Assembly: GCF_023055435.1 (NCBI RefSeq)
Contig: NW_025964383.1
Location: 48,732,001 to 48,796,000 of the forward strand
DNA from: Haliotis rufescens
Taxonomy: Eukaryota
Reading direction: 5' to 3'
DNA length: 64,000 nucleotides
In this document: positions 13,571 to 26,100 of the stretch, in pieces
Layout: the number at the start of each line of letters is the position of its first letter
How positions within the stretch are numbered: the stretch's first letter is position 1
Made by a program: the position numbers and the translations under genes
Notes under the pieces: model-generated
The model's input: the letters and a program-made list of their open reading frames with translations, nothing else
The model's database searches: none
What the model was told of the DNA's origin: nothing

Positions 13571-16500
13571 TAGTTGTGTTGTTGTGTCATGTAGCTTTGT
13601 CATGTAGTTGTGTCGTTTTGTTGTGTCGTTTTGTTGTGTCGTGTAGTTGTGTCATATAGTTGTGTCGTGTAGCTGTGTCGTGTAGCTGTGTCGTGTAGCT
13701 GTGTCGTGTAGTTGTGTCGTGTAGTTGTGTCGTGTAGTTGTGTCGTGTAGCTTTGTCATGTAGTTGTGTCATGTAGCTTTGTCGTGTAGCTTTGTCATGT
13801 AGTTGTGTCGTGTAGCTGTGTCGTGTAGTTGTGTCGTGTAGCTTTGTCGTGTAGTTGTGTCATGTAGTTGTGTCGTGTAGCTTTGTCGTGTAGTTGTGTC
13901 ATATAGTTGTGTCGTGTAGCTTTGTCGTGTAGTTGTGTCGTGTAGTTGTGTAGTGTAGTTGTGTCGTGTAGTTGTGTCGTGTAGCTGTGTCGTGTAGCTG
14001 TGTCGTGTAGTTGTGTCGTGTAGTTGTGTCATGTAGTTGTGTCGTGTAGTTGTGTCGTGTAGCTGTGTCGTGTAGCTGTGTCGTGTAGCTGTGTCGTGTA
14101 GTTGTGTCGTGTAGCTGTGTCGTGTAGTTGTGTCGTGTAGCTGTGTCGTGTAGTTGTGTCGTGTAGCTGTGTCGTGTAGTTGTGTCGTGTAGCTGTGTCG
14201 TGTAGCTGTGTCGTGTAGTTGTGTCGTGTAGCTTTGTCATGTAGTTGTGTCATGTAGCTTTGTCGTGTAGCTTTGTCATGTAGTTGTGTCGTGTAGCTGT
14301 GTCATGTAGTTGTGTCGTGTAGCTTTGTCGTGTAGTTGTGTCATATAGTTGTGTCGTGTAGCTTTGTCGTGTAGTTGTGTCGTGTAGTTGTGTAGTGTAG
14401 TTGTGTCGTGTAGTTGTGTCGTGTAGCTGTGTCGTGTAGTTGTGTCGTGTAGTTGTGTCATGTAGTTGTGTCGTGTAGTTGTGTCGTGTAGTTGTGTCGT
14501 GTAGCTGTGTCGTGTAGCTGTGTCGTGTAGCTGTGTCGTGTAGTTGTGTCGTGTAGCTGTGTCGTGTAGTTGTGTCGTGTAGCTGTGTCGTGTAGTTGTG
14601 TCGTGTAGTTGTGTCGTGTAGTTGTGTCGTGTAGCTGTGTCGTGTAGCTGTGTCGTGTAGTTGTGTCGTGTAGTTGTGTCATGTAGTTGTGTCATGTAGT
14701 TGTGTCGTGTAGTTGTGTCGTGTTGTTGTGTCATGTAGCTGTGTCATGTAGTTGTGTCATGTAGTTGTGTCGTGTAGTTGTGTCATGTAGCTGTGTCGTG
14801 TAGTTGTGTCGTGTAGCTGTGTCGTGTAGTTGTGTCGTGTAGTTGTGTCGTGTAGCTGTGTCGTGTAGTTGTGTCATGTAGCTGTGTCGTGTAGTTGTGT
14901 CGTGTAGCTGTGTCATGTAGTTGTGTCGTGTAGTTGTGTCGTGTAGTTGTGTCGTGTAGCTTGTCATGTAGTTGTGTCATGTAGCTTTGTCGTGTAGCTT
15001 TGTCATGTAGTTGTGTCGTGTAGCTGTGTCGTGTAGTTGTGTCGTGTAGTTGTGTCATGTAGTTGTGTCATATAGTTGTGTCGTGTAGCTTTTTCGTGTA
15101 GTTGTGTCGTGTAGCTGTGTCGTGTAGTTGTGTCGTGTAGCTTTGTCGTGTAGTTGTGTCATATAGTTGTGTCGTGTAGCTTTTTCGTGTAGTTGTGTCG
15201 TGTAGTTGTGTAGTGTAGTTGTGTCGTGTAGTTGTGTCGTGTAGCTGTGTCGTGTAGTTGTGTCGTGTAGTTGTGTCATGTAGTTGTGTCATATAGTTGT
15301 GTCGTGTAGCTTTGTCGTGTAGTTGTGTCGTGTAGTTGTGTAGTGTAGTTGTGTCGTGTAGTTGTGTCGTGTAGCTGTGTCGTGTAGTTGTGTCGTGTAG
15401 CTGTGTAGTGTAGTTGTGTCGTGTAGTTGTGTCGTGTAGCTGTGTCGTGTAGTTGTGTCGTGTAGTTGTGTCATGTAGTTGTGTCATATAGTTGTGTCGT
15501 GTAGCTTTGTCGTGTAGTTGTGTCGTGTAGTTGTGTAGTGTAGTTGTGTCGTGTAGTTGTGTCGTGTAGCTGTGTCGTGTAGTTGTGTCGTGTAGCTGTG
15601 TCGTGTAGCTGTGTCGTGTAGCTGTGTCGTGTAGTTGTGTCGTGTAGCTGTGTCGTGTAGTTGTGTCGTGTAGTTGTGTCGTGTAGCTGTGTCGTGTAGC
15701 TGTGTCGTGTAGTTGTGTCGTGTAGTTGTGTCATGTAGTTGTGTCATGTAGTTGTGTCGTGTAGTTGTGTCGTGTTGTTGTGTCATGTAGCTGTGTCATG
15801 TAGTTGTGTCATGTAGTTGTGTCGTGTAGTTGTGTCATGTAGCTGTGTCGTGTAGTTGTGTCGTGTAGCTGTGTCGTGTAGTTGTGTCGTGTAGTTGTGT
15901 CGTGTAGCTGTGTCGTGTAGTTGTGTCATGTAGCTGTGTCGTGTAGTTGTGTCGTGTAGCTTTGGCATGTAGTTGTGTCGTGTAGCTGTGTCATGTAGTT
16001 GTGTCGTGTAGCTTTGTCGTGTAGTTGTGTCATATAGTTGTGTCGTGTAGCTTTGTCGTGTAGTTGTGTCGTGTAGTTGTGTAGTGTAGTTGTATCGTGT
16101 AGTTGTGTCGTGTAGCTGTGTCGTGTAGTTGTGTCGTGTAGTTGTGTCATGTAGTTGTGTCATGTAGCTGTGTCGTGTAGTTGTGTCGTGTAGCTGTGTC
16201 GTGTAGTTGTGTCGTGTAGTTGTGTCGTGTAGCTGTGTCGTGTAGTTGTGTCATGTAGCTGTGTCGTGTAGTTGTGTCGTGTAGCTGTGTCGTGTAGTTG
16301 TGTCGTGTAGTTGTGTCGTGTAGTTGTGTCGTGTAGCTTTGTCATGTAGTTGTGTCATGTAGCTTTGTCGTGTAGCTTTGTCATGTAGTAGTGTCGTGTA
16401 GCTGTGTCATGTAGTTGTGTCGTGTAGCTTTGTCGTGTAGTTGTGTCATATAGTTGTGTCGTGTAGCTTTGTCGTGTAGTTGTGTCGTGTAGTTGTGTAG

Positions 16501-19500
16501 TGTAGTTGTGTCGTGTAGTTGTGTCGTGTAGCTGTGTCGTGTAGTTGTGTCGTGTAGTTGTGTCATGTAGTTGTGTCATATAGTTGTGTCGTGTAGCTTT
16601 GTCGTGTAGTTGTGTCGTGTAGTTGTGTAGTGTAGTTGTGTCGTGTAGTTGTGTCGTGTAGCTGTGTCGTGTAGTTGTGTCGTGTAGCTGTGTAGTGTAG
16701 TTGTGTCGTGTAGTTGTGTCGGGTAGCTGTGTCGTTTAGTTGTGTCGTGTAGTTGTGTCATGTAGTTGTGTCATATAGTTGTGTCGTGTAGCTTTGTCGT
16801 GTAGTTGTGTCGTGTAGTTGTGTAGTGTAGTTGTGTCGTGTAGTTGTGTCGTGTAGCTGTGTCGTGTAGTTGTGTCGTGTAGTTGTGTCGTGTAGCTGTG
16901 TCGTGTAGCTGTGTCGTGTAGCTGTGTCGTGTAGTTGTGTCGTGTAGCTGTGTCGTGTAGTTGTGTCGTGTAGTTGTGTCGTGTAGCTGTGTCGTGTAGC
17001 TGTGTCGTGTAGTTGTGTTGTGTAGTTGTGTCATGTAGTTGTGTCATGTAGTTGTGTCGTGTAGTTGTGTCGTGTTGTTGTGTCATGTAGCTGTGTCATG
17101 TAGTTGTGTCATGTAGTTGTGTCGTGTAGTTGTGTCATGTAGCTGTGTCGTGTAGTTGTGTCGTGTAGCTGTGTCGTGTAGTTGTGTCGTGTAGTTGTGT
17201 CGTGTAGCTGTGTCGTGTAGTTGTGTCATGTAGCTATGTCGTGTAGTTGTGTCGTGTAGCTGTGTCGTGTAGTTGTGTCGTGTAGTTGTGTCGTGTAGTT
17301 GTGTCGTGTAGCTTTGTCATGTAGTTGTGTCATGTAGCTTTGTCGTGTAGCTTTGTCATGTAGTTGTGTCGTGTAGCTGTGTCATGTAGTTGTGTCGTGT
17401 AGCTTTGTCGTGTAGTTGTGTCATATAGTTGTGTCGTGTAGCTTTGTCGTGTAGTTGTGTCGTGTAGTTGTGTAGTGTAGCTGTGTCGTGTAGTTGTGTC
17501 GTGTAGTTGTGTCATGTAGTTGTGTCGTGTAGTTGTGTCGTGTAGTTGTGTCGTGTAGCTGTGTCGTGTAGTTGTGTCGTGTAGCTGTGTCGTGTAGTTG
17601 TGTCGTGTAGCTGTGTCGTGTAGTTGTGTCGTGTAGCTGTGTCGTGTAGTTGTGTCGTGTAGCTGTGTCGTGTAGTTGTGTCGTGTAGCTGTGTCATGTA
17701 GTTGTGTCGTGTAGTTGTGTCGTGTAGCTGTGTCGTGTAGCTGTGTCGTGTAGTTGTGTCGTGTAGTTGTGTCATGTAGTTGTGTCATGTAGTTGTGTCG
17801 TGTAGTTGTGTCGTGTTGTTGTGTCATGTAGCTGTGTCATGTAGTTGTGTCGTGTAGTTGTGTCATGTAGCTGTGTCGTGTAGTTGTGTCGTGTAGCTGT
17901 GGCATGTAGTTGTGTCGTGTAGTTGTGTCGTGTCGCTGTGTCGTGTAGTTGTGTCGTGTAGCTGTGTCGTGTAGTTGTGTCGTGTAGCTGTGTCGTGTAG
18001 TTGTGTCGTGTAGTTGTGTCGTGTAGTTGTGTCGTGTAGCTTTGTTATGTAGTTGTGTCATGTAGCTTTGTCGTGTAGCTTTGTCATGTAGTTGTGTCGT
18101 GTAGCTGTGTCATGTAGTTGTGTCGTGTAGCTTTGTCGTGTAGTTGTGTCATATAGTTGTGTCGTGTAGCTTTGTCGTGTAGTTGTGTCGTGTAGTTGTG
18201 TAGTGTAGTTGTATCGTGTAGTTGTGTCGTGTAGCTGTGTCGTGTAGTTGTGTCGTGTAGTTGTGTCATGTAGTTGTGTCGTGTAGTTGTGTCGTGTAGT
18301 TGTGTCGTGTAGCTGTGTCGTGTAGTTGTGTCGTGTAGCTGTGTCGTGTTGTTGTGTCGTGTAGCTGTGTCGTGTAGTTGTGTCGTGTAGCTGTGTCGTG
18401 TAGTTGTGTCGTGTAGCTGTGTCGTGTAGTTGTGTCGTGTAGCTGTGTCGTGTAGTTGTGTCTTGTAGCTGTGTCATGTAGTTGTGTCGTGTAGTTGTGT
18501 CGTGTAGCTGTGTCGTGTAGCTGTGTCGTGTAGTTGTGTCGTGTAGTTGTGTCGTGTAGTTGTGTCATGTAGTTGTGTCGTGTAGTTGTGTCGTGTAGCT
18601 GTGTCGTGTAGTTGTGTCGTGTAGCTGTGTCGTGTAGATGTGTCGTGTAGCTGTGTCGTGTAGTTGTGTCGTGTAGCTGTGTCGTGTAGTTGTGTCTTGT
18701 AGCTGTGTCATGTAGTTGTGTCGTGTAGTTGTGTCGTGTAGCTGTGTCGTGTAGCTATGTCGTGTAGTTGTGTCGTGTAGTTGTGTCGTGTAGTTGTGTC
18801 ATGTAGTTGTGTCGTGTAGTTGTGTCGTGTAGTTGTGTCGTGTAGCTGTGTCGTGTAGTTGTGTCGTGTAGCTGTGTCGTGTAGTTGTGTCGTGTAGTTG
18901 TGTCGTGTAGCTGTGTCGTGTAGTTGTGTCGTGTAGCTGTGTCGTGTAGTTGTGTCGTGTAGCTGTGTCGTGTAGTTGTGTCGTGTAGCTGTGTCGTGTA
19001 GTTGTGTCTTGTAGCTGTGTCATGTAGTTGTGTCGTGTAGTTGTGTCGTGTAGCTGTGTCGTGTAGCTGTGTCGTGTAGTTGTGTCGTGTAGTTGTGTCG
19101 TGTAGTTGTGTCATGTAGTTGTGTCGTGTAGTTGTGTCGTGTTGTTGTGTCATGTAGCTGTGTCATGTAGTTGTGTCGTGTAGTTGTGTCGTGTAGTTGT
19201 GTCATGTAGCTGTGTCGTGTAGCTGTGTCGTGTAGTTGTGTCGTGTAGTTGTGTCGTGTAGCTGTGTCGTGTAGTTGTGTCGTGTAGCTGTGTCGTGTAG
19301 TTGTGTCGTGTAGTTGTGTCGTGTAGTTGTGTCGTGTAGCTTTGTCATGTAGTTGTGTCATGTAGCTTTGTCGTGTAGCTTTGTCATGTAGTTGTGTCGT
19401 GTAGCTGTGTCATGTAGTTGTGTCGTGTAGCTTTGTCGTGTAGTTGTGTCATATAGTTGTGTCGTGTAGCTTTGTCGTGTAGTTGTGTCGTGTAGTTGTG

Positions 19501-20498
19501 TCGTGTAGTTGTATCGTGTAGTTGTGTCGTGTAGCTGTGTCGTGTAGTTGTGTCGTGTAGTTGTGTCATGTAGTTGTGTCGTGTAGTTGTGTCGTGTAGT
19601 TGTGTCGTGTAGCTGTGTCGTGTAGTTGTGTCGTGTAGCTGTGTCGTGTAGTTGTGTCGTGTAGCTGTGTCGTGTAGTTGTGTCGTGTAGCTGTGTCGTG
19701 TAGTTGTGTCGTGTAGCTGTGTCGTGCAGTTGTGTCGTGTAGCTGTGTCGTGTAGTTGTGTCGTGTAGTTGTGTCGTGTAGTTGTGTCGTGTAGCTTTGT
19801 CATGTAGTTGTGTCATGTAGCTTTGTCGTGTAGCTTTGTCATGTAGTTGTGTCGTGTAGCTGTGTCATGTAGTTGTGTCGTGTAGCTTTGTCGTGTAGTT
19901 GTGTCATATAGTTGTGTCGTGTAGCTTTGTCGTGTAGTTGTGTCGTGTAGTTGTGTAGTGTAGTTGTATCGTGTAGTTGTGTCGTGTAGCTGTGTCGTGT
20001 AGTTGTGTCGTGTAGTTGTGTCATGTAGTTGTGTCGTGTAGTTGTGTCGTGTAGTTGTGTCGTGTAGCTGTGTCGTGTAGTTGTGTCGTGTAGCTGTGTC
20101 GTGTAGTTGTGTCGTGTAGCTGTGTCGTGTAGTTGTGTCGTGTAGCTGTGTCGTGTAGTTGTGTCGTGTAGCTGTGTCGTGTAGTTGTGTCGTGTAGCTG
20201 TGTCGTGTAGTTGTGTCGTGTAGCTGTGTCATGTAGTTGTGTCGTGTAGTTGTGTCGTGTAGCTGTGTCGTGTAGCTGTGTCGTGTAGTTGTGTCGTGTA
20301 GTTGTGTCATGTAGTTGTGTCATGTAGTTGTGTCGTGTAGTTGTGTCGTGTTGTTGTGTCATGTAGCTGTGTCATGTAGTTGTGTCGTGTAGTTGTGTCG
20401 TGTAGTTGTGTCATGTAGCTGTGTCGTGTAGCTGTGTCGTGTAGTTGTGTCGTGTAGTTGTGTCGTGTAGCTGTGTCGTGTAGTTGTGTCGTGTAGTT
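13571..20498. repeat. 13-bp satellite (GTAGTTGTGTCGT)
   Basis: About 530 units with point variants GTAGCT, GTCAT, GCTTT. Confidence 0.98.
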
Positions 20499-21056
20499 GA
20501 GTCACGTGTCATAAACATGGAAGAAGAACATATTTCCACAATGATAAGAATTCTCTTCTAACAGCTGCGTCCGTTGTACGGTTCCGACTACATTATAAGC
20601 ATGTGTTCATGATTGTGTCATTTCTCCCGTGTTAGTTAGAAATATTAATCATTGTCTTTGTATTGCAAATGATAGCTTCATTGTAAGCTGCACTCATTAC
20701 CAGATATGAGATTGAATGATGCAATGAACAGCATGTACGTTCCGAATTATAGAAAGTGAGGAAATGATTAGAGACGGATTTTAACCAAATCAATATGACA
20801 CCTACTGCACTCACACTTATCATTAGGTTAAACATGTCAGATTAATAGTGTATATCTGAAAGGCGCCTGTAAATGATCACGTCCAGACCTTCAAAACCAA
20901 TGTTATATAATGAGTAGCTATAGACGTCGTCAGGGGGCGATGACACACGATCAGCCAGGTCACTGAGACTGACACCCCGATCTCCTCAGTCGCCTTTATA
21001 ACAAGCTGAGGTTACTTGGAATATCTGACACGGGATACCCAGGGGGATAAGCACAC

Positions 21057-21233
21057 GTAAATCAGAGCACATGTATATAATTATACCTAACAGGAAACTG
21101 TAAGAGACAAGACTGCAGGGTCACACCTTGACGTCATCTTTGTAAATCAGAGCACATGTATATAATTATACGTAACAGGGAACTCTTAGAGACAAGTCTG
21201 CAGGGTCACATCTTGAAGTCATCTTTGTAAATC
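21057..21233. repeat. 85-bp direct tandem duplication, 2 copies
   Basis: GTAAATCAGAGCACATGTATATAATTATAC...GTCATCTTT at 21057 and 21142. Confidence 0.9.
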
Positions 21234-23115
21234 GGGTGGTGCTGTCATGTAAAATCACGTTGTCACAATACTTCTGCAGCGATATTAATTACTGCTTGTT
21301 ACTCATCTGGCGTGCTTAATGAATCAATCATTACATTTTCAGTTGTTAACAGGTGCTTCGGGAGAAGTGTCTTCTGTCCTTACAGATAACACATGTTTCC
21401 TTTTGAAATGTTTGAGAATAACCATCCGTCAATACTGTGCATGATATTCATTGATGTGTAAACACAAGGCATATGGTGAATAAACAAACGCACGCTCCAC
21501 CCGAACTCACGCTTCATGTATTCCTGTATTGCACCTCCCAGGACCACAGACACATCTCAGTTGTCTCCCTTGTCCCACGATAACGAAAGAGGGATGTGAT
21601 GTGTATTTACCATCAACATTGCCGAGACATTCGCGGGCAAAGACAACAAGCTCATTGGTAGGTTCTAACATGCAGTTCGATCTTTCATATTCTACATACT
21701 GATAGTGTCATCATTCAGGTCATTAAACACCAGCTTGAAGCTAATGTCAGGTCTATTTCTAGGATCACTGAATAGAATTAGGGCGTGTGTGTGTGTTGAT
21801 ATGATCAGCAGATAGCGATACCCGTTACATGATGTACATGTTACGTGCTGGGGCCGAACAACGGAATAGTCGTCATGAAACTCGCTGTCTCTGAAGGTAG
21901 GCATGTGACAAGGCATGAGGAAATGAACGTCGGATTGCGAACAGACAGTGTATTTGTTGACAATCCTTTATGTAGGTCATTTGGCCGTAGTGTCGGTGGA
22001 TTTGAGATATCGTTTGTTACGTTGCGTCATTCAACATTTGAGTGAGTGGGTGAGTCACTGTGCTTTACCGGCTTTGACAGTCTTTCAGTTACGTTGTATC
22101 ACTCCTGTCAGCTGGATGTGTGAGGAACGCCCGAAGTGATGTCCCGAACTGTACGCAGGGAGTATTCATACTGGGCAGGTTCCCCCTTTGAAATGACAAT
22201 AACAGGATTAGAAAAATGTAATGTTTGAGGGGCACAGCGATAATAAAAAAGATGTTCATCAACCGGGATATCGGACCAGTCACATCGACCCTCCGTTGTT
22301 GCTTGACGTGGACCATCTGGCAACTGTCCGTTCTGGTCGTATCCAAGGGACGTGGGTGCTAGGGTTGCTGCAGTAGTTGTATAACTGACCATTCTGGACC
22401 ACCAATTGCTGTAGACCTAACATGGGAATCATGTCATCCTCCACACAATATCAGGGCAATTGTTGTAATTTTGCATGCCATCCACACAATCCCAGTGTGT
22501 TTGTTTTAGTAACGTTACGACAAAGGATACATATGTGAGGGTTGGTAGAACACGTGGAACCTTAACGCAACATGTGTGACCGTAGAACTTTACTTACTGA
22601 AAACATGTACAGAACATAGACATACTAAGTAATTCCATGACAATATATTCTGCAGAGAGATGGGAACCAGTCCTGTACTATTACACTGACCGACCAATTC
22701 CAGGTTACCTAGCCTTACTCCTATCACAGCTGTAAGTGATCGATGTTTCTTATGATAAATAGTGTGCGCCCTCACACAAATTACGCTTTTTTTAGACAAT
22801 ATCTATTTTAGGCTGATGCGTATCAAGTTTCTTTAAAAACAACCCAGTAAAACAACAAGAGATTTTTTGTGCGCGTGCTTGAGAGTAAGATTTAACACTG
22901 AATCGCTTGAAAAAGGTCAGTTTCCTCATTTCCAATCAGCTTTCTGTACTCAATGTGTCACATCATGTTATTGCAGATAAGTACAAGAACATGTATTGCC
23001 TAGTCATGTCCTATGTGTTTTTACTCGCTCAAGTCAAGTGTAGTTAACGTGGAAGCTACAATGATTGAGAGCACTCAAGTAAATTTATTAAACATGTATA
23101 GCATCCACGTAAGAA

Positions 23116-23240
23116 TGAGTGAGTGTGGTTTAACACTGCTTTTAGCGATATCACGGCGGGAGTACAGCGCAAAACGGCTACACAAGTTGTACCAATCAAA
23201 CCTGGGCCTTCGAATGAACTACGAGGCTTCCTCACCGCCC
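23116..23240 (-). mobile_element. Degenerate tRNA-derived SINE (family A)
   Basis: GAGT repeats followed by GCTTTTAGCGATATCACGGCGGG and ending ACCGCCC, the reverse complement of the family A tail and head. Confidence 0.55.
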
Positions 23241-23595
23241 ATCCTTTAGATATCGCAGACGCCTTGCCCAAAGACTGTTTACCCAATGTAATCAATTAAA
23301 CACTCGCAATGTTGATTTGTAGATGAACACATCTCTCCCCGACACCCCACTCCACCCGCCAAAGTCATCCCCGGTCAAGTCAAGTCCCGACCCCAAGGCC
23401 GCTGGTTGCTGTGACAGCCACGTGTACATGTACGACACACAATGAATGAAAATAGTAAACACGTGTCCTTAATTCACATAGAGGTCACATGTTAAGACAA
23501 TACTTTCCCTTTATGAACACTTATTAATTAGTCAACACGTGAAATATTCCTTGTGTTTCTTCTCTCTCACCCAGGGGCAAAGCACAGAACAAGAC

Positions 23596-23629
23596 ATGTT
23601 GCGACACGGTCTGCTGACCTCTTTATTTG
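23596..23629 (+). CDS. Gene B coding exon 1: signal peptide start (EGF-TM-ankyrin receptor)
   Basis: Strong acceptor TTCTTCTCTCTCACCCAG; ATG 23596 MLRHGLLTSLF-G; donor GTGAGT 23630, phase 1. Confidence 0.8.
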
Positions 23630-23929
23630 GTGAGTGCTGAGCTGTTTTAACTTCATTGACCAACATGCAATGATTACTCTGCTGTGCTGGTAAAATAATT
23701 GTTGTTGGGATGTTTGGGGAGTGTCCCAAAAGTCACTTAGCATTAATCCGCCATGACAAAGCACACGCATCGTGCTTTCTTAAAACAGTTTAGGTTTTAT
23801 AAGCGTTTTATTTTCGACTAAAGGTTTCTGGATCTAGAAATGGCGCCTACAAGAAGATATAACAAGGTATATTTTGACAAGTAGACCGCCAAGTATTGTG
23901 GGAAAATTAACTTCTTGCTCCTTTTTCAG

Positions 23930-24217
23930 GAGTGGGCGTATTGGGCGTACTGGGCCAGGAGTGTCCAGTGGGCAAATATGGAGAACACTGTCAACTGAAC
24001 TGCAGCCGTTCCTGTTTCCCCCATTCCGGCCAGGATGTGCACTGTGACAGACACAGTGGTAGATGCTCTGAGGGATGCGTGGCTGGACGGTTTGGTGCTC
24101 AGTGCCAACTCCCCTGCAGCAGGAACTGCCGGGGACACATCTGCAATCACCAGACCGGCCAGTGCACCCAGGGCTGTACAGGACACAATACGGGGGATTT
24201 CTGTGAAATACACCAAG
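23930..24217 (+). CDS. Gene B exon 2: rest of signal peptide plus short EGF-like ectodomain (14 Cys)
   Basis: Acceptor CTCCTTTTTCAG; VGVLGVLG-QECPVGKYGEHC...GRFGAQC...GDFCEIHQ; donor GTATGT 24218; phase 1-1. Confidence 0.92.
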
Positions 24218-24504
24218 GTATGTATATTGTTATGGGAAGAGAATCGGATACAAAATCCGTGACATTACATTGACTAAGTTTGACATGCTTGTCGTCCATC
24301 ACCGACTCCATGTGTATGTCCTCTCTTCCAAAATGGTAATCGAAGTAGATTTTTTCATAAACTGAACAATGTTCACTTCCTGTGGAGAATGAAATGCCGG
24401 TAACAGAGAAGGTGCATTAGGTATCTTACTAATTAAGGTAAGGACACTTCCAACATCAAGATTCCAGTTTGGAAATATATACGTCTAAGGGATCAGTCAC
24501 ATTC

Positions 24505-24970
24505 GGAGGAGGTGGTGTGGTGTGCTGGGTGTGGGGTGTGTGGAGTGCTAAGGGTGGGGTGTGTAGAGTGCTGGGGGTGTGGTGTGTGGTGTGCTGGGGT
24601 GTGTGGAGTGGTGAGGGTGGGGTGTGTGGAGTGGTGGGTGTGGGGGATGTGGAGTGGTGATGGTGGGGTGTGTCGAGTGCTGGGGGTGGGGTGCGTGGAG
24701 TGCTTGGTGTGGGGTGTGTGGATTGCTGGGTGTGGGGTGTGTGTGGTGTGTGGATGTTTGTGTGAGTGTCTGGGGGTTGTGTGGGGTGGGGTTGGGCTGG
24801 TGTGTGGAAGGGTCTGGGTGGGGTGTGTTTGGTTGGGTTTGGGTGTGTTGGGGTCAGGCTGTGTAGGGTGGGTGTGTGGGTGTGTGGGGTCGGTGGGGTA
24901 GGGTGTGGGGGACGTGGGCGAGGGTAAGGGGGTGTGTGGGTGTGTGTGGGTGGGGTGGGGTGGGGTGGGT
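24505..24970. repeat. G/GT-rich low-complexity tract
   Basis: Degenerate GGGGTGTG/TGGGG runs in gene B intron 2. Confidence 0.85.
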
Positions 24971-25537
24971 CTTCCGAGGTTTAAAGTCGTATTTGTCTTG
25001 CTACTTTAATAAGAACATATGTTCACTTTAGATTTAATAAGATACAACACAGGACTGAATCAGTGCACAGAGAGAAAGAGCCAGCCATTACCTTCAGTGT
25101 CGATCAAAAAATCAAACCGTACGCTCTCCCTGCGCCATCCTGAGAGAACATGTCCTGTTTGACCTCTGTTCAAGGGCCACACTGGTCGTATGCCACTGTA
25201 TAATTGCCGCTTGCACTGATGTTTTCCAAGACCATTGGTCACAATCCAACAAAGTAATATGGCTTACATGGCTTAAGGTCGAATATATACAGTGGGTTGT
25301 CTGGCGTGGTTACTTGACTGATTGTTTGGCATTGGCCCGATAGTGTGGATCATATTTCATCATACTTTCAATCACTGGTTGGTCCATTGTCGACTACGAA
25401 ATGGTTGGAATGTTACCGACTGCATTAAAATTAGCTTCGTCCTTCAATCACAATTCCCAGAGCAGTAGTCGGACAAACATTAGGATGTGTATGTAGTTGT
25501 GTTTGGTGACTGGACATAAGAGAGTCTTTTATTACAG

Positions 25538-25703
25538 AAAATGATCAGAAAGGTAATGACAACGGGAGGTCTGTAAATAAGACGGCTGAGTGGAGAAGAT
25601 CAGAACAGACTGCACCAACACCAATGGTTGCGATACTTGTCCCTGTGTTCGTCACAATCTTTCTGATAATCGGCGTCATCGTCACAGTGATTGTCTACAG
25701 AAG
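25538..25703 (+). CDS. Gene B exon 3: stalk and transmembrane helix
   Basis: Acceptor TTTTATTACAG; ENDQKG...TAPTP-MVAILVPVFVTIFLIIGVIVTVIVY-RR; donor GTACGA 25704; phase 1-2. Confidence 0.88.
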
Positions 25704-26100
25704 GTACGATTTCGGCTCAACTATCCAAATATGAATGTTTTGGGGCAATAACACACACACTTAAACTACAAACATATCGAGATGAATCACCCAATACACC
25801 CACAGTTTCACTACAAACCTGGTGATACATCCTGGATGTATGTCTTTAACTTGTACCCCGTGCCAGGCAGGAGAAGGTGTGTTTATATTTTCCATTAATG
25901 GAAAAGTAACGGGAAGAGGCATATTTACTAAAATATTAAAACAAAAACAGTTTCCAAATCGATGTTACTAATTCGTGGTTTTGTTGGAGGCGTGGCATTC
26001 AGAAACGTGTTTATGGTTGTAAAGTTTACACATCATATATATTTGATTTTAATTCACATCACCATTTGCAAGAACATTTTACTTAAATATTTGGACATGG

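Noticed and set aside
8629-20362. Long repetitive ORFs (QHLYLQTT, TTLVLTDN, TTRHNYTTQLHD, CKYKCCVV)
   Set aside because: Translations of stop-free 24- and 13-bp satellites; open in many frames on both strands and broken by +1 units.
22108-22500. Minus-strand ORF with a Thr-rich stretch and CDW/CVDG motifs, reminiscent of chitin-binding domains
   Set aside because: Cys spacing does not fit and there is no consistent splice or frame structure.
23897-23904. CSL/Su(H) site TGTGGGAA (also near 52530 and 53335)
   Set aside because: A few matches are expected by chance in 64 kb.
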